The position numbers were made by a program, and so were the translations under genes. 64,000 nt of DNA from Bacteroidetes bacterium GWE2_42_24 (GTDB lineage Bacteria; Bacteroidota; Bacteroidia; Bacteroidales; TTA-H9): NCBI GenBank assembly GCA_001768515.1, contig MEOA01000010.1:64161-128160 (forward strand), in the 5' to 3' direction. Of the stretch, positions 20,014 through 30,519 are shown piece after piece; positions within the stretch are counted from its first letter, which is position 1; every line of letters starts with the position of its first letter. Below the pieces are notes generated by a model that worked only from the letters and a program-made list of their open reading frames with translations, had not been told where the DNA came from and did no database searches.

Positions 20014-20913
20014 TTATTTTACCTGTTCTTGTCCCTCAAATATCGCACCAGAGTCAGCTCCTAATCTGTAAATATATTTTCGCATACTTGAAGCCCATTG
20101 TCCGTCTGATATATCAGGTGAGAAAATTTTCCATGAAATCGGTTTTCCGAAAGTGATGGTGATCGTCTTTCCCTTCTGTCGAAACATTTCATCAGGCAAA
20201 AACAGCATCTCTATATTGGCTTTAATGCCAAGCCATACACGTAATCTGGCTATATTGTAAAAAAAAGCCCTGTTAGCTCCATCGATGTGGACAGGTACAA
20301 TATCGCGTTGATATTGCTTCGCTTTTGTTATAAAGGTCTTTTTCCATTCAAGGTCCAACACCTCGTTTCCTTGCCGTCTTGAGCACAATCCTGCAGGGAA
20401 ATAGAGAACTGCTTTTGATCCGTTAAAAGTATCATCAAGCAGTCTGGAAAGACTGGTATTCCGACCATGCTTGTTTATTGGCAGAAACAGCGGCTTCATA
20501 TTGGGGATGTACATCAACAGATCATTAACCGGGAAAACCAGATCAGGTCTGAAATCACCGACCGCCTGCATGAGTGCCAATCCGTCAAGTCCCCCAAGCG
20601 GATGATTGGAGGCAACGACAAATCGGCTGCCCTCTGGCAGGTTCTCAGCCCCTTTGACCTTGATATGAACATGAAAGTCATTCAGACAAGCCCGAACAAA
20701 ATCAAGCCCCATCTTATCCTTGTGCCGGGTCAGAAAACCGTTGAGTTCATCCTGATGGACAAGACCTTTGAGCCGTCCAATCAACCAGGCAGGAATCCAA
20801 CGATATAACCTGGGATTTTTACCCTTAAGAACTGCATCGACATCAATCTTCTGAATATCGTCGGATAAAACATCCGACTCATCTATTTTAACAACTTCTG
20901 GCATAACACCCAA
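20014..20913 (-). CDS. lysophospholipid/1-acyl-glycerol-3-phosphate-type O-acyltransferase (GlsA-like)
   Basis: 299 aa with acyltransferase box SNHPLGGLDG and FPAGLCSR. Paired with the N-acyltransferase gene 7 nt downstream. Confidence 0.65.
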   Translation of the reverse strand: MGVMPEVVKIDESDVLSDDIQKIDVDAVLKGKNPRLYRWIPAWLIGRLKGLVHQDELNGFLTRHKDKMGLDFVRACLNDFHVHIKVKGAENLPEGSRFVVASNHPLGGLDGLALMQAVGDFRPDLVFPVNDLLMYIPNMKPLFLPINKHGRNTSLSRLLDDTFNGSKAVLYFPAGLCSRRQGNEVLDLEWKKTFITKAKQYQRDIVPVHIDGANRAFFYNIARLRVWLGIKANIEMLFLPDEMFRQKGKTITITFGKPISWKIFSPDISDGQWASSMRKYIYRLGADSGAIFEGQEQVK

Positions 20914-21123
20914 TCATCAAGAGAATTTAGTTACAAATGTAGTGAATAACCTTGCCCATTTTACAACAATTTAAAAATCAGCATGTTTTCCACACGTTTA
21001 ACCAAATGGTTGATTCGCGTTGTAAAAATTATTACAATTCAATGAAACTTTAAACACTAACAATCAACTATTTAACAGCTAGATCAAAAGACACCCTTCC
21101 AATTCATAAAAAAAGTTATCAAC

Positions 21124-21180
21124 AAAAGTGGACAAAAGTGGATAGAAGTGTAACGAAGTGGGAAATCTGTCGTATATTTG
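21124..21180 (+). promoter_or_regulatory. mraZ promoter region: four 10-bp-phased AAGTGnn boxes (putative MraZ operator) plus TATATTTG -7 box
   Basis: The stretch aaAAGTGGAcaaAAGTGGAtagAAGTGTAacgAAGTGGGaaa has AAGTG starting at 21126, 21136, 21146 and 21156. TATATTTG at about 21173-21180 lies 17 nt before the mraZ ATG. Confidence 0.6.
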
Positions 21181-21196
21181 GACAAAATTTCCGTAG

Positions 21197-21667
21197 ATGC
21201 TCAATTTCATTGGAGTACATGAGTGTAAAGCAGATGACAAAGGCAGGATTATGTTTCCGGCACCACTTCGCCGACAGTTGCAGGGAATAATCGATCAGGG
21301 CTTTGTTGTCAAGCGTAGCGTCTTTGACCGCTGCCTTGAGCTTTTCCCCATGTCGGAATGGAATAAAGAGATGGATCGGATAAACAAGTTAAACAGGTTT
21401 GTAAAGAAAAATAATGACTTTATCAGGATGTTTATGGCCGGCGTTAAAGTGCTTGAACTTGACGGCAATGGTCGCTTCCTGATTGCCAAGGATCTGATGA
21501 CCTTTGCAGGCCTCCAGAAAGAGGTAGTGCTGGTAGCATCAGGAACACGGATTGAAATCTGGGATAAAGAAAAATATGAAACTGCGGTGAACGATCCCGC
21601 AACTGACTTTGGAGCTTTAGCCGAAGAGGTGATGGGATCAATGCCTTACGATACTTCAACTGAATAA
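21197..21667 (+). CDS. mraZ: transcriptional regulator MraZ
   Basis: 156 aa, first gene of the dcw cluster, with duplicated SpoVT/AbrB-like halves (DDKGRIMFPAPLR and DGNGRFLIAKDL). Confidence 0.9.
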   Translation: MLNFIGVHECKADDKGRIMFPAPLRRQLQGIIDQGFVVKRSVFDRCLELFPMSEWNKEMDRINKLNRFVKKNNDFIRMFMAGVKVLELDGNGRFLIAKDLMTFAGLQKEVVLVASGTRIEIWDKEKYETAVNDPATDFGALAEEVMGSMPYDTSTE

Positions 21668-21677
21668 ATAACTTACC

Positions 21678-22577
21678 ATGTATCACGTACCGGTAATGCT
21701 TAACGAATGCACAGAAGGGCTCTCCATTAAACCGGAAGGGCTATATGTTGACGTCACCTATGGTGGTGGAGGGCATAGCCGTGCAATTCTCGGGCAATTA
21801 CAGCAGGGCCGGTTATATGGTTTTGATCAGGATGAAGATGCACGGCAAAACATCCCTGAGGATGACCGTTTCACGTTTATCGCACAAAACTTCAGGTACA
21901 TGAAAAACTACCTGAAACTTTATCAATCCATTCCTGTAGACGGAATTCTCGCCGATCTGGGGATCTCCTCCTTTCAGATTGATGAGCCCTCCAAAGGATT
22001 TTCAACTCGGTACGACGGGCCGCTTGACATGAGAATGGATCGTCGACGGGGAACTACCGCCGCAGAGGTGGTAAATCTGTACTCTGAAGAGAAGCTTACA
22101 GAAATCTTCAGGCTCTATGGCGAACTAATCAACGCCCGTAAGATCGCATACAGGCTTTCAACCAGCCGAAACGACCAACCCATTCAAACGACCTCGCAAC
22201 TCTGCGAACTCTTACGTCCTCTGGCACGACCCCATACAGAGAACAAGTTTCTGGCTCAGGTATTTCAGGCTCTACGGATCGAAGTGAACGACGAGTTGGG
22301 AGCTCTTAAAGATTTTCTGCTTCAGACCGTCGATGTTCTGGCCCCAGGTGGTCGCCTTGTGGTTATGGCGTATCACTCCCTCGAAGACAGACTTGTAAAG
22401 AATTTTATGCGAACAGGGAATTTTGAAGGAGAGCCGGTAAAAGACTTTTACGGCAACCTGATCTGCCCGTTCACGCCTATCACCAGAAAACCAATGATGG
22501 CATCAGAGGCCGAACAGGAATCCAATCCCCGCTCACGCAGTGCCCGACTCCGCATTGCAGAAAGGAGGTCCGCATGA
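21678..22577 (+). CDS. rsmH: 16S rRNA (cytosine1402-N4)-methyltransferase
   Basis: MYHVPVMLNE start, DVTYGGGGHS SAM motif, DLGISSFQ. Confidence 0.9.
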   Translation: MYHVPVMLNECTEGLSIKPEGLYVDVTYGGGGHSRAILGQLQQGRLYGFDQDEDARQNIPEDDRFTFIAQNFRYMKNYLKLYQSIPVDGILADLGISSFQIDEPSKGFSTRYDGPLDMRMDRRRGTTAAEVVNLYSEEKLTEIFRLYGELINARKIAYRLSTSRNDQPIQTTSQLCELLRPLARPHTENKFLAQVFQALRIEVNDELGALKDFLLQTVDVLAPGGRLVVMAYHSLEDRLVKNFMRTGNFEGEPVKDFYGNLICPFTPITRKPMMASEAEQESNPRSRSARLRIAERRSA

Positions 22578-22984
22578 TCGGTTTTAATACAAGAAAACCA
22601 GAACTGGAAAAGGCTGCACCATCTACCGCAATCCCTAAACCAAAGGTGAAAAAGCGGACAGGTATCTTTAAAAGTATGGCCACAGGAAAATTTCTGGCAA
22701 CAGAATCAACGATAAAATCGGTTCCATTTTTCCTTTTTCTGGCTACCATCGGCATGTTGTACATCGGTAATAATTTTTACACCGAACGCACCATCCGCAA
22801 CGCTAATCACCTGAAGAAAGAACTCAAAGAACTCAGGTTTGAATACATCGCTACCAAATCACAATACAGCGATTCCACCAAGCAATCCAAGGTGGCACGC
22901 AGGCTTGCTGAGATGGGTATTCAGGAAGCAATAAAGCCACCCGAGAAGATCTTTGTAAAAGAAAGCGAATTAACATATCCATAG
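22574..22984 (+). CDS. ftsL: FtsL-like cell division protein (Bacteroidota type)
   Basis: 136 aa with a single TM helix followed by a coiled-coil-like segment. Lies between rsmH and ftsI, with an ATGA overlap with rsmH. Confidence 0.55.
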   Translation: MIGFNTRKPELEKAAPSTAIPKPKVKKRTGIFKSMATGKFLATESTIKSVPFFLFLATIGMLYIGNNFYTERTIRNANHLKKELKELRFEYIATKSQYSDSTKQSKVARRLAEMGIQEAIKPPEKIFVKESELTYP

Positions 22985-23001
22985 AAAAGCGCCATCTAAA
23001 T

Positions 23002-25179
23002 TTGATTGATAACCCCTCACCGGCTCAAACTGAAACCCCAGACCCGAAGACCACTTTTCTCAGGCGGGTTTGGATTGTTTACTTCCTGCTCATCGTAGCG
23101 GGCATTGCCGTTTTAGGAAAGATCATTCATATTCAATCGGTCCAGGGCAGCGAGCTACTTGAAAAGTCAGAAAAGGCTACAATCAAGTATGGGGCAATTG
23201 AACCGGTCAGAGGAAATGTATTGGCTTATGATGGAGCACTTTTAGCCACTTCAGTCCCCATCTATGATTTCAGAATGGATGTAGCCTCAAAAAACATCCC
23301 CGACTCCATATTTGACACCAGAGTTGATTCATTATCAAGAGGGCTTTCAAACCTTTTCCGCGATAAATCATCATCCGATTACAAAAAACTCCTTACATCC
23401 GAACGTCATAAAAAGAATCGCTACCTGCTCATCAAGCGTAACGTTGATTATAACACGGTTGCCCGCTTGAAACAGTTACCCCTTCTCAAATTGGGGCAAA
23501 ATAAAGGGGGGCTGATACTGGTACAGAAAAGCTCACGCAAAATGCCCTATGGCTTGCTGGCACGCAGAACAATAGGCTATGAGATCAAGGAAGAGAACCT
23601 TTTCGTCGGGCTGGAAGGTGCTTACCGAAATGAACTTCAGGGAGTTACCGGCAGGATGTGGCTGCAACGCATTTCAGGAGGAGAGTGGATTCCGCTAAAC
23701 GATAATGATCGCATTGAACCCCGCAACGGGAAAGATATAGTCACCACCATCGACATTCACTTACAGGACGTAGCGGAAAATGCACTCATGAATCACCTGA
23801 TCAACCATAATGCCGAGCAGGGATGTGTCATTCTGATGGAAGTTAAAACAGGAGCCATCAGAGCCATTGCCAACCTGCAACGTCTTCCCGACGGCACTTA
23901 CGATGAACGTTACAATTACGCCATTGCCGAAAGCATTGAGCCGGGATCTACATTTAAACTGGCTTCGATTATGGCAACAATTGAGGACGGACTTATTGAT
24001 ATCAACGATACTGTAACTGTCGGCAGAGGGTCACTAAATTACTATGGCAAAGATATGACCGATGTACATGCCATGCCTCGTGAACGGCTAAGTGTACTTG
24101 AAGCTTTTGAGTTGAGTTCGAATGTCGGAATCAGTCGTATTGTTCATGATGCCTATAAAAATTCACCGGAAAAGTTCATTGAACGTCTCTATAGTTTCTC
24201 TCTCAACAAACCATTGGGAATTGAAATTCAAGGAGAAGGAAAACCCGGTATTAAATCAACCGACCAGAAAAACTGGTCCAAGCTTTCACTCCCATGGATG
24301 TCAATTGGCTATGAATTAACGATCACGCCATTACAAACCCTCACCTTCTACAATGCTGTAGCCAATGGAGGAAAGATGATGAAACCAATGTTTGTCGCGG
24401 AAATCAGGGAAACCGGAAAACATTCAAAACTATTTGAACCTGTAGTAATCAATAAGAAAATTGCTTCTACAGAAACGCTGGCAAAAGCCCGGATTCTGCT
24501 CGAGGGGGTTGTAAAAAAGGGTACAGCAAGAATCCCGTTTCTAAACAGTGCATATACCGTTGCAGGAAAGACCGGTACAGCTCAGATTGCCAAGGGAGGC
24601 AGATATAACAAGCGAAATTATAACGCCAGTTTTGTTGGATATTTTCCTGCCGATGAACCGGCTTATTCATGCATTGTCGTTGTAAACAATCCTGCTGGTG
24701 GCACCATCTATGGTTCTTCGGTGGCAGCTCCTGTATTCAGGGAACTCGCCGATAAAATTTATGCCACCAACCTCAGCCTGCGTGATGAATCCGAAAGCCA
24801 AAACGATACACTAACTCACGAGGAGGCTAATCTGCTGGTTAGTGTACCCTACATCAGAGCTGCTAGGTATTCCGACATCGAAGTAATCAAAGACTATTTC
24901 GATTTCGATACTGACACAGCGAGCCGTGAAGCTGACTGGGTTTCTGTTACAGGTACCGGAAATCAGGTAAAGACTCAACCCCGCAGATTCATAGAGAATC
25001 TGGTTCCGGATGTCATGGGTATGACTGCCCGCGATGCCATCTACATGCTTGAGAAATATGGTCTCAGGGTAAAGATTGAAGGCTGCGGAAAAGTAAAAAA
25101 GCAATCAATCCAACCCGGGAGCCGCGTAGCAAAAGGAGGTGAGATTACCCTTAAACTATCAAATGCCTGGATTATATGA
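23002..25179 (+). CDS. ftsI: penicillin-binding protein 3-type transpeptidase with C-terminal PASTA domain
   Basis: SxxK (GSTFKLAS), SxN (LSSNVG) and KTG (GKTGTAQ) motifs. The C-terminus VPDVMGMTARDAIYMLEKYGLRVKIEG is PASTA-like. TTG start ahead of the TM anchor. Confidence 0.85.
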   Translation: MIDNPSPAQTETPDPKTTFLRRVWIVYFLLIVAGIAVLGKIIHIQSVQGSELLEKSEKATIKYGAIEPVRGNVLAYDGALLATSVPIYDFRMDVASKNIPDSIFDTRVDSLSRGLSNLFRDKSSSDYKKLLTSERHKKNRYLLIKRNVDYNTVARLKQLPLLKLGQNKGGLILVQKSSRKMPYGLLARRTIGYEIKEENLFVGLEGAYRNELQGVTGRMWLQRISGGEWIPLNDNDRIEPRNGKDIVTTIDIHLQDVAENALMNHLINHNAEQGCVILMEVKTGAIRAIANLQRLPDGTYDERYNYAIAESIEPGSTFKLASIMATIEDGLIDINDTVTVGRGSLNYYGKDMTDVHAMPRERLSVLEAFELSSNVGISRIVHDAYKNSPEKFIERLYSFSLNKPLGIEIQGEGKPGIKSTDQKNWSKLSLPWMSIGYELTITPLQTLTFYNAVANGGKMMKPMFVAEIRETGKHSKLFEPVVINKKIASTETLAKARILLEGVVKKGTARIPFLNSAYTVAGKTGTAQIAKGGRYNKRNYNASFVGYFPADEPAYSCIVVVNNPAGGTIYGSSVAAPVFRELADKIYATNLSLRDESESQNDTLTHEEANLLVSVPYIRAARYSDIEVIKDYFDFDTDTASREADWVSVTGTGNQVKTQPRRFIENLVPDVMGMTARDAIYMLEKYGLRVKIEGCGKVKKQSIQPGSRVAKGGEITLKLSNAWII

Positions 25180-26636
25180 AGCAGATAACCAACATAATCA
25201 AAGGATTTAATTTTACGGTAGTTCAGCCCGGCAGCCACAAAACGTGCACAGGCATTACTTTTGATTCCAGAAAAGTGGAGCCCGGTTTTGTGTTTATTGC
25301 ATCCAAAGGGACTCAGGCCGACGGTCACCAATTTATTCAGATGGCCATCGAAAAAGGTGCTGTAGCAATCGTCTGTGAAGATAGTCCTGCTATGATTCCC
25401 GACGCTATCACGCTTATTGTAACACCCGACGCACATCTGGCATTAGCCTGCATGTCAGGCAACTGGTTTGATCATCCCTCACAAAAGCTCAAATTAACGG
25501 GGGTAACCGGAACCAACGGTAAAACGACGATAGCCACAATGCTGTATAAACTATTCGAATCGTTGGGCTATCGCTGCGGATTGCTTAGTACGGTAGAAAA
25601 CCGAATACACCAAAAGGTGATTTCTGCCACTCATACCACCCCTGACCCTATACAGTTGAATGCCCTGCTTGCCGAAATGGTCAAGGCAGGTTGCGATTAT
25701 GCCTTCATAGAAGTCAGTTCGCATGCCGCTGTTCAGCATCGTGTGGCCGGACTTCAATTTGCAGGAGGCATTTTCACAAACCTTACTCACGACCACCTCG
25801 ACTACCATAAGACCTTCGCGGAATATCTAAAAGCCAAAAAAGGATTTTTCGACGCTTTGCCCAAAACTGCCTTTGCGCTAATTAATGCCGATGATAAAAA
25901 TGGCGGCGTGATGATTCAAAACTGTATTGCCTCAAATTACAGGTATTCGCTTACCTCGATGGCAGATTTCCATACCCGGTTGATCGAAAACCATATCGAT
26001 GGCTTACTGCTTCAGTTAGATGGCATAGAAGCCTGCTTCAAATTAGTCGGGGAATTCAATGCTTATAACATCACGGCTATTTATGGGGCTGCCGTGCTGC
26101 TCGGACAAGACAGACATGAAGTGCTTGAAAAACTCAGTGATATAGAGCCAGTGGAAGGTCGGTTCGATACCATCAGATCTGACAACGGCATAACGGCCAT
26201 TGTTGACTATGCCCACACACCTGATGCCATTAAAAATGTCATCAGCACCATCAACAGCATCAGAACAGAAGGCGTCAAACTGATAACAGTAACAGGTGCC
26301 GGTGGAGATCGTGACCGCGCAAAACGTCCGATCATGGCAAAAATAGCTGCAGAAAACAGCGACAGGCTCATTCTGACTTCAGATAATCCCAGAACAGAAG
26401 ACCCGGAGGCTATCCTTGAAGAGATGCGCAGCGGACTTTCCCCTACCCTTCTTAAGAAAACGCTCACCATCACTAACCGGCATGAAGCCATTCGTACGGC
26501 TCTGGCTTTTGCTCAAAAAGGAGATATTGTGCTGGTTGCCGGCAAAGGCCACGAAAAGTACCAGGAGATCAATGGAGAACGGCATCATTTCGATGATAAA
26601 GAAGAAATTAATAAAGCCATTGGCATTAAAGTGTAA
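25176..26636 (+). CDS. murE: UDP-N-acetylmuramoyl-L-alanyl-D-glutamate--2,6-diaminopimelate ligase
   Basis: [11 protein letters not shown]-loop and [10 protein letters not shown] motif; position in the dcw cluster. Confidence 0.9.
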   Translation: MKQITNIIKGFNFTVVQPGSHKTCTGITFDSRKVEPGFVFIASKGTQADGHQFIQMAIEKGAVAIVCEDSPAMIPDAITLIVTPDAHLALACMSGNWFDHPSQKLKLTGVTGTNGKTTIATMLYKLFESLGYRCGLLSTVENRIHQKVISATHTTPDPIQLNALLAEMVKAGCDYAFIEVSSHAAVQHRVAGLQFAGGIFTNLTHDHLDYHKTFAEYLKAKKGFFDALPKTAFALINADDKNGGVMIQNCIASNYRYSLTSMADFHTRLIENHIDGLLLQLDGIEACFKLVGEFNAYNITAIYGAAVLLGQDRHEVLEKLSDIEPVEGRFDTIRSDNGITAIVDYAHTPDAIKNVISTINSIRTEGVKLITVTGAGGDRDRAKRPIMAKIAAENSDRLILTSDNPRTEDPEAILEEMRSGLSPTLLKKTLTITNRHEAIRTALAFAQKGDIVLVAGKGHEKYQEINGERHHFDDKEEINKAIGIKV

Positions 26637-26641
26637 TACCT

Positions 26642-27895
26642 ATGCTATACTATCTTTTTGAATATCTGGATAAGGCAATCGATCTCCCCGGTGCAGGAGT
26701 ATTTCAATACATCTCATTCAGGGCAGCCATGGCTGTCATTACCTCGCTCCTCATCTCCCTAGTATTTGGCGGACGATTAATCCGGTTTCTCAAGAAAAAG
26801 CAGGTTGGTGAAACAGTTCGCGACCTTGGACTTGAAGGTCAAATTCAAAAACAGGGAACACCCACAATGGGCGGTCTGATCATTCTGGGAGCCATACTGA
26901 TTCCAACTCTTCTGTTTGCAAGGTTGGATAACGTTTACATTCAGCTAATCCTGTTTACTACTGTCTGGTTGGGCATGGTTGGCTTTCTGGATGACTACAT
27001 TAAAGTATTCCGTAAGAACAAGCAAGGGTTAGCCGGAAAATTTAAAATCGTTGGACAGATAGTTGTCGGACTTGTGGTAGGGATTACCATGTACTTCAGC
27101 CCCGATGTTGTTATAAAAGAAAAAAATTCAGCCCACGCGTATATTGAGGAAGTTAATGTGATGAATGATGCCACCTATGCCCGTGCGAAGGAGGTATTCT
27201 CAACTCAGAGCATTAAATCGACCAAGACAACCATTCCTTTTGTCAAGAACAATGAGTTCGACTATTCCCTGCTCATTAACTGGATAGGCGATGGTGCTCC
27301 AAAATATGCATGGTTGGTTTTCATCCCCATAGTTATCCTTATCGTCATTACCGTTTCGAACGGAGCCAACCTGACTGATGGTATTGATGGTCTGGCGACT
27401 GGTGTCTCGGCATTTCAGGCTGCCACATTAGGTATCCTTGCCTGGGTCTCGGGTAACATCATTTTTGCCGATTACCTGAACATCATGTATATACCAAACA
27501 CCGGTGAACTCACAATCTTCATCAGTGCATTGGTAGGTGCATGTATTGGTTTTCTGTGGTATAATACTTATCCGGCACAGGTCTTCATGGGAGATACAGG
27601 ATCGCTGGCATTGGGAGGCATCATTGCCGTACTGGCTGTTATTATCCGCAAAGAACTGCTAATCCCGATTCTCTGCGGAATTTTCCTTGCCGAGAACCTC
27701 TCGGTAGTTCTCCAGGTAAGCTACTTCAAGTATACAAAGAGAAAATATGGTGAGGGAAGGCGCATTTTCCTGATGTCACCATTGCATCATCATTTCCAGA
27801 AGCTGGGGTATGCAGAACCAAAAATTGTTCAGCGCTTTCACATCATAGCAATTATGCTGGCTGTGCTAACCATTGTTACCCTCAAACTCAGATAA
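26642..27895 (+). CDS. mraY: phospho-N-acetylmuramoyl-pentapeptide transferase
   Basis: Polytopic membrane protein with [21 protein letters not shown] and PLHHHF motifs. Confidence 0.95.
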   Translation: MLYYLFEYLDKAIDLPGAGVFQYISFRAAMAVITSLLISLVFGGRLIRFLKKKQVGETVRDLGLEGQIQKQGTPTMGGLIILGAILIPTLLFARLDNVYIQLILFTTVWLGMVGFLDDYIKVFRKNKQGLAGKFKIVGQIVVGLVVGITMYFSPDVVIKEKNSAHAYIEEVNVMNDATYARAKEVFSTQSIKSTKTTIPFVKNNEFDYSLLINWIGDGAPKYAWLVFIPIVILIVITVSNGANLTDGIDGLATGVSAFQAATLGILAWVSGNIIFADYLNIMYIPNTGELTIFISALVGACIGFLWYNTYPAQVFMGDTGSLALGGIIAVLAVIIRKELLIPILCGIFLAENLSVVLQVSYFKYTKRKYGEGRRIFLMSPLHHHFQKLGYAEPKIVQRFHIIAIMLAVLTIVTLKLR

Positions 27896-27931
27896 TAATA
27901 AAAATGAAATATTCAAACAAATACAAATCCT

Positions 27932-29275
27932 ATGGACAAACCCCGCATCGTGGTGCTGGGCGGGGGCGAAAGCGGAACAGGTGCTGCCGTTCTGGCCCAC
28001 ACAAAAGGTTTTGAAACTTTTCTGAGCGATACAGGAAAAATTGCAGAAAAATACCGCGAAGTTCTTTCTCATCATGGCATCCCGTTCGAAGAAGCGAAAC
28101 ATTCTGAAAGGCTTATTCTAAATGCCTCCGAAATTATAAAAAGCCCAGGAATACCAGAATCTGCCCCCCTTGTCCTCAAGGCTCGCGAGTTGAAAATTCC
28201 TGTGATCTCGGAAATAGAATTTGCTGCCCGTTACACCAATGCTTTCCTGATTTGTATTACAGGAAGCAATGGAAAGACAACAACTACGATGCTGATCTGG
28301 CACATCTTAAAAAATGCCGGATACAACGTCGGGCTGGCTGGTAATGTAGGCCAGAGTTTCGCATTGCAGGTAGCAACCTGCGACTTTGATTACTATGTTC
28401 TAGAGCTGAGCAGCTTTCAACTCGACGGCATGTATGATTTCAAAGCCGATGTAGCAGTGCTGACAAATATCACACCAGACCATCTGGATCGGTATGATCA
28501 TCAGCTAAAACTTTATGCAGCTTCGAAGATGCGGATTCTACGTAATCAAACTGAAAAAGATTCATTCATTTGGTGCGCAGACGACAAAATCACAAACGAG
28601 ATGCTGAAAAACAGATCGATAACTGCAAAAAAATATCCGATATCGCTCAACGGTCAGCAAGCCGAAAATGGCGCCTGGATAGAAAATGAAGAACTGATTA
28701 TACATATTGACAATAAAACATTGAACATGAACCTCGAAGCACTGGCCCTACAAGGCAAACACAACATATGCAATTCAATGGCTGCAGGCGTAGCCTCGAA
28801 AATTGTAAATGTGCGCAACGAAAAAATCAAGGAAAGCCTGTCCGATTTCGCTGGCGTAGAGCACAGACTCGAATTTGTAGCCAATGTCCACGGCATTGCC
28901 TTCATCAACGACTCGAAAGCCACCAACATCAATTCCACATGGTACGCACTCGAGAGCATTAACCATCCAATTGTCTGGATTTGCGGAGGACGTGATAAAG
29001 GAAATGACTATACCGAGCTGCTCGATCTGGTCAGGAGCAAAGTAAAAGCTATTGTTTGCCTGGGTGCGGACAACTCTAAAATTAAAGCAGCCTTCGCCGA
29101 TTCAGTAGAAATCATCGAAGAGTATGTCACAGCACGTGGTGCTGTAGAAGCCGCTTACAACCTGGCGCAAAAAGATGATGTTGTACTGCTTTCACCAGCC
29201 TGCGCCAGTTTCGACCTTTTCGAGAATTACGAAGACAGGGGCCGTCAGTTCAAACAAGCAGTAAAACGCCTGTAA
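27932..29275 (+). CDS. murD: UDP-N-acetylmuramoylalanine--D-glutamate ligase
   Basis: ITGSNGKTTT P-loop, Mur ligase layout, cluster position. Confidence 0.9.
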   Translation: MDKPRIVVLGGGESGTGAAVLAHTKGFETFLSDTGKIAEKYREVLSHHGIPFEEAKHSERLILNASEIIKSPGIPESAPLVLKARELKIPVISEIEFAARYTNAFLICITGSNGKTTTTMLIWHILKNAGYNVGLAGNVGQSFALQVATCDFDYYVLELSSFQLDGMYDFKADVAVLTNITPDHLDRYDHQLKLYAASKMRILRNQTEKDSFIWCADDKITNEMLKNRSITAKKYPISLNGQQAENGAWIENEELIIHIDNKTLNMNLEALALQGKHNICNSMAAGVASKIVNVRNEKIKESLSDFAGVEHRLEFVANVHGIAFINDSKATNINSTWYALESINHPIVWICGGRDKGNDYTELLDLVRSKVKAIVCLGADNSKIKAAFADSVEIIEEYVTARGAVEAAYNLAQKDDVVLLSPACASFDLFENYEDRGRQFKQAVKRL

Positions 29276-29287
29276 AAAGTTATTATA

Positions 29288-30517
29288 ATGAAAATGGATG
29301 TTAAAAATATAGCTGATCTGAAAGGAGACAGAGCCATCTGGGTCATTGTTTTCTTTCTTTCTGTACTCTCAGTGCTGGTGGTCTATAGTTCCACCGGTTC
29401 GCTGGCCTTTAAAAACAAGGATGGCAACACTGAGTTCTATATGCTCAAACATCTGTTCATTCTAGCAGCCGGTTTAGGGCTGATGTATGGGGCGTACCGC
29501 CTTCCCTACCGTTATTACAGCAAATTAAGCTACCTCGGCCTTATTGTTGCAATTCCGCTCCTGATCTATACCATTGTCGGCGGAACCAATCTGAATAGTG
29601 CAAACCGCTGGATTAGCATTCCTTTTATTGGAATTACGTTTCAAAGCTCTGACCTTGCAAAGCTGGTAATCATCACCTACCTATCAAGTCAACTGACAAG
29701 ACGAAAAGACTACCTTGGTGATCTAAAAAGAGGATTCATCCCGGTACTAATACCTGTTGGGCTGATCTGTCTCTTGATTTTCCCTGCCAACTTCTCTACT
29801 TCAGCACTCATTTTCCTGATTTGCGCGGTCATGATGTTTGCTGCTGGTACACCATTTAAGTTTCTGGCAAGTACGGTTGGTATAAGTATTGCAGGTTTTA
29901 TAATGGTATTGCTGTTGGCTGGCTCAATGCCCAGATTATTGCCCCGCGCAACCACCTGGCTCAACCGTATTGAGATCTATCTGGGGATGGTGGAAGACAA
30001 AGAACAAAAGGATGCGTCCAATTACCAGGTTGAGCAGTCAAAAATTGCCATCGCCTCTGGAGGAGTACTCGGAAAAATGCCGGGAAACAGTACCCAGCGT
30101 AATTTTCTCCCCCATCCCTACTCCGATTTCATTTTTGCCATCATCGTTGAAGAATATGGCACCGTTGTAAGTGCTTTTGTTATATTACTCTATCTGATCC
30201 TGCTCTACAGGGGCATCCGGATAGCCATGAAAGCGGCGAGTGGATTTGGTATGCTGCTTGCATTTGGCCTCAGCTTCGGACTGGTAACTCAGGCTATCAT
30301 AAACATGTTGGTAGCAGTTGGTATGTTTCCTGTTACAGGGCAACCATTACCTTTGGTCAGTATGGGAGGAACTTCCATCTGGTTTACACTTATTTCACTT
30401 GGTATGATTCAGAGTGTAAGCCGCTATAGCGAAGAAACAGAAGCCGAACAGAAGCTTGAAGAAACTCCGGGCTTTATGGCACATCCGGAATCAGAACCTC
30501 AAATCCAAAGCGTCTGA
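29288..30517 (+). CDS. ftsW: SEDS-family peptidoglycan glycosyltransferase FtsW
   Basis: 409 aa, about 10 TM helices, SEDS motifs (PHPYSDFIFAII, GQPLPLVSMGGTS). Confidence 0.85.
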   Translation: MKMDVKNIADLKGDRAIWVIVFFLSVLSVLVVYSSTGSLAFKNKDGNTEFYMLKHLFILAAGLGLMYGAYRLPYRYYSKLSYLGLIVAIPLLIYTIVGGTNLNSANRWISIPFIGITFQSSDLAKLVIITYLSSQLTRRKDYLGDLKRGFIPVLIPVGLICLLIFPANFSTSALIFLICAVMMFAAGTPFKFLASTVGISIAGFIMVLLLAGSMPRLLPRATTWLNRIEIYLGMVEDKEQKDASNYQVEQSKIAIASGGVLGKMPGNSTQRNFLPHPYSDFIFAIIVEEYGTVVSAFVILLYLILLYRGIRIAMKAASGFGMLLAFGLSFGLVTQAIINMLVAVGMFPVTGQPLPLVSMGGTSIWFTLISLGMIQSVSRYSEETEAEQKLEETPGFMAHPESEPQIQSV

Positions 30518-30519
30518 CG

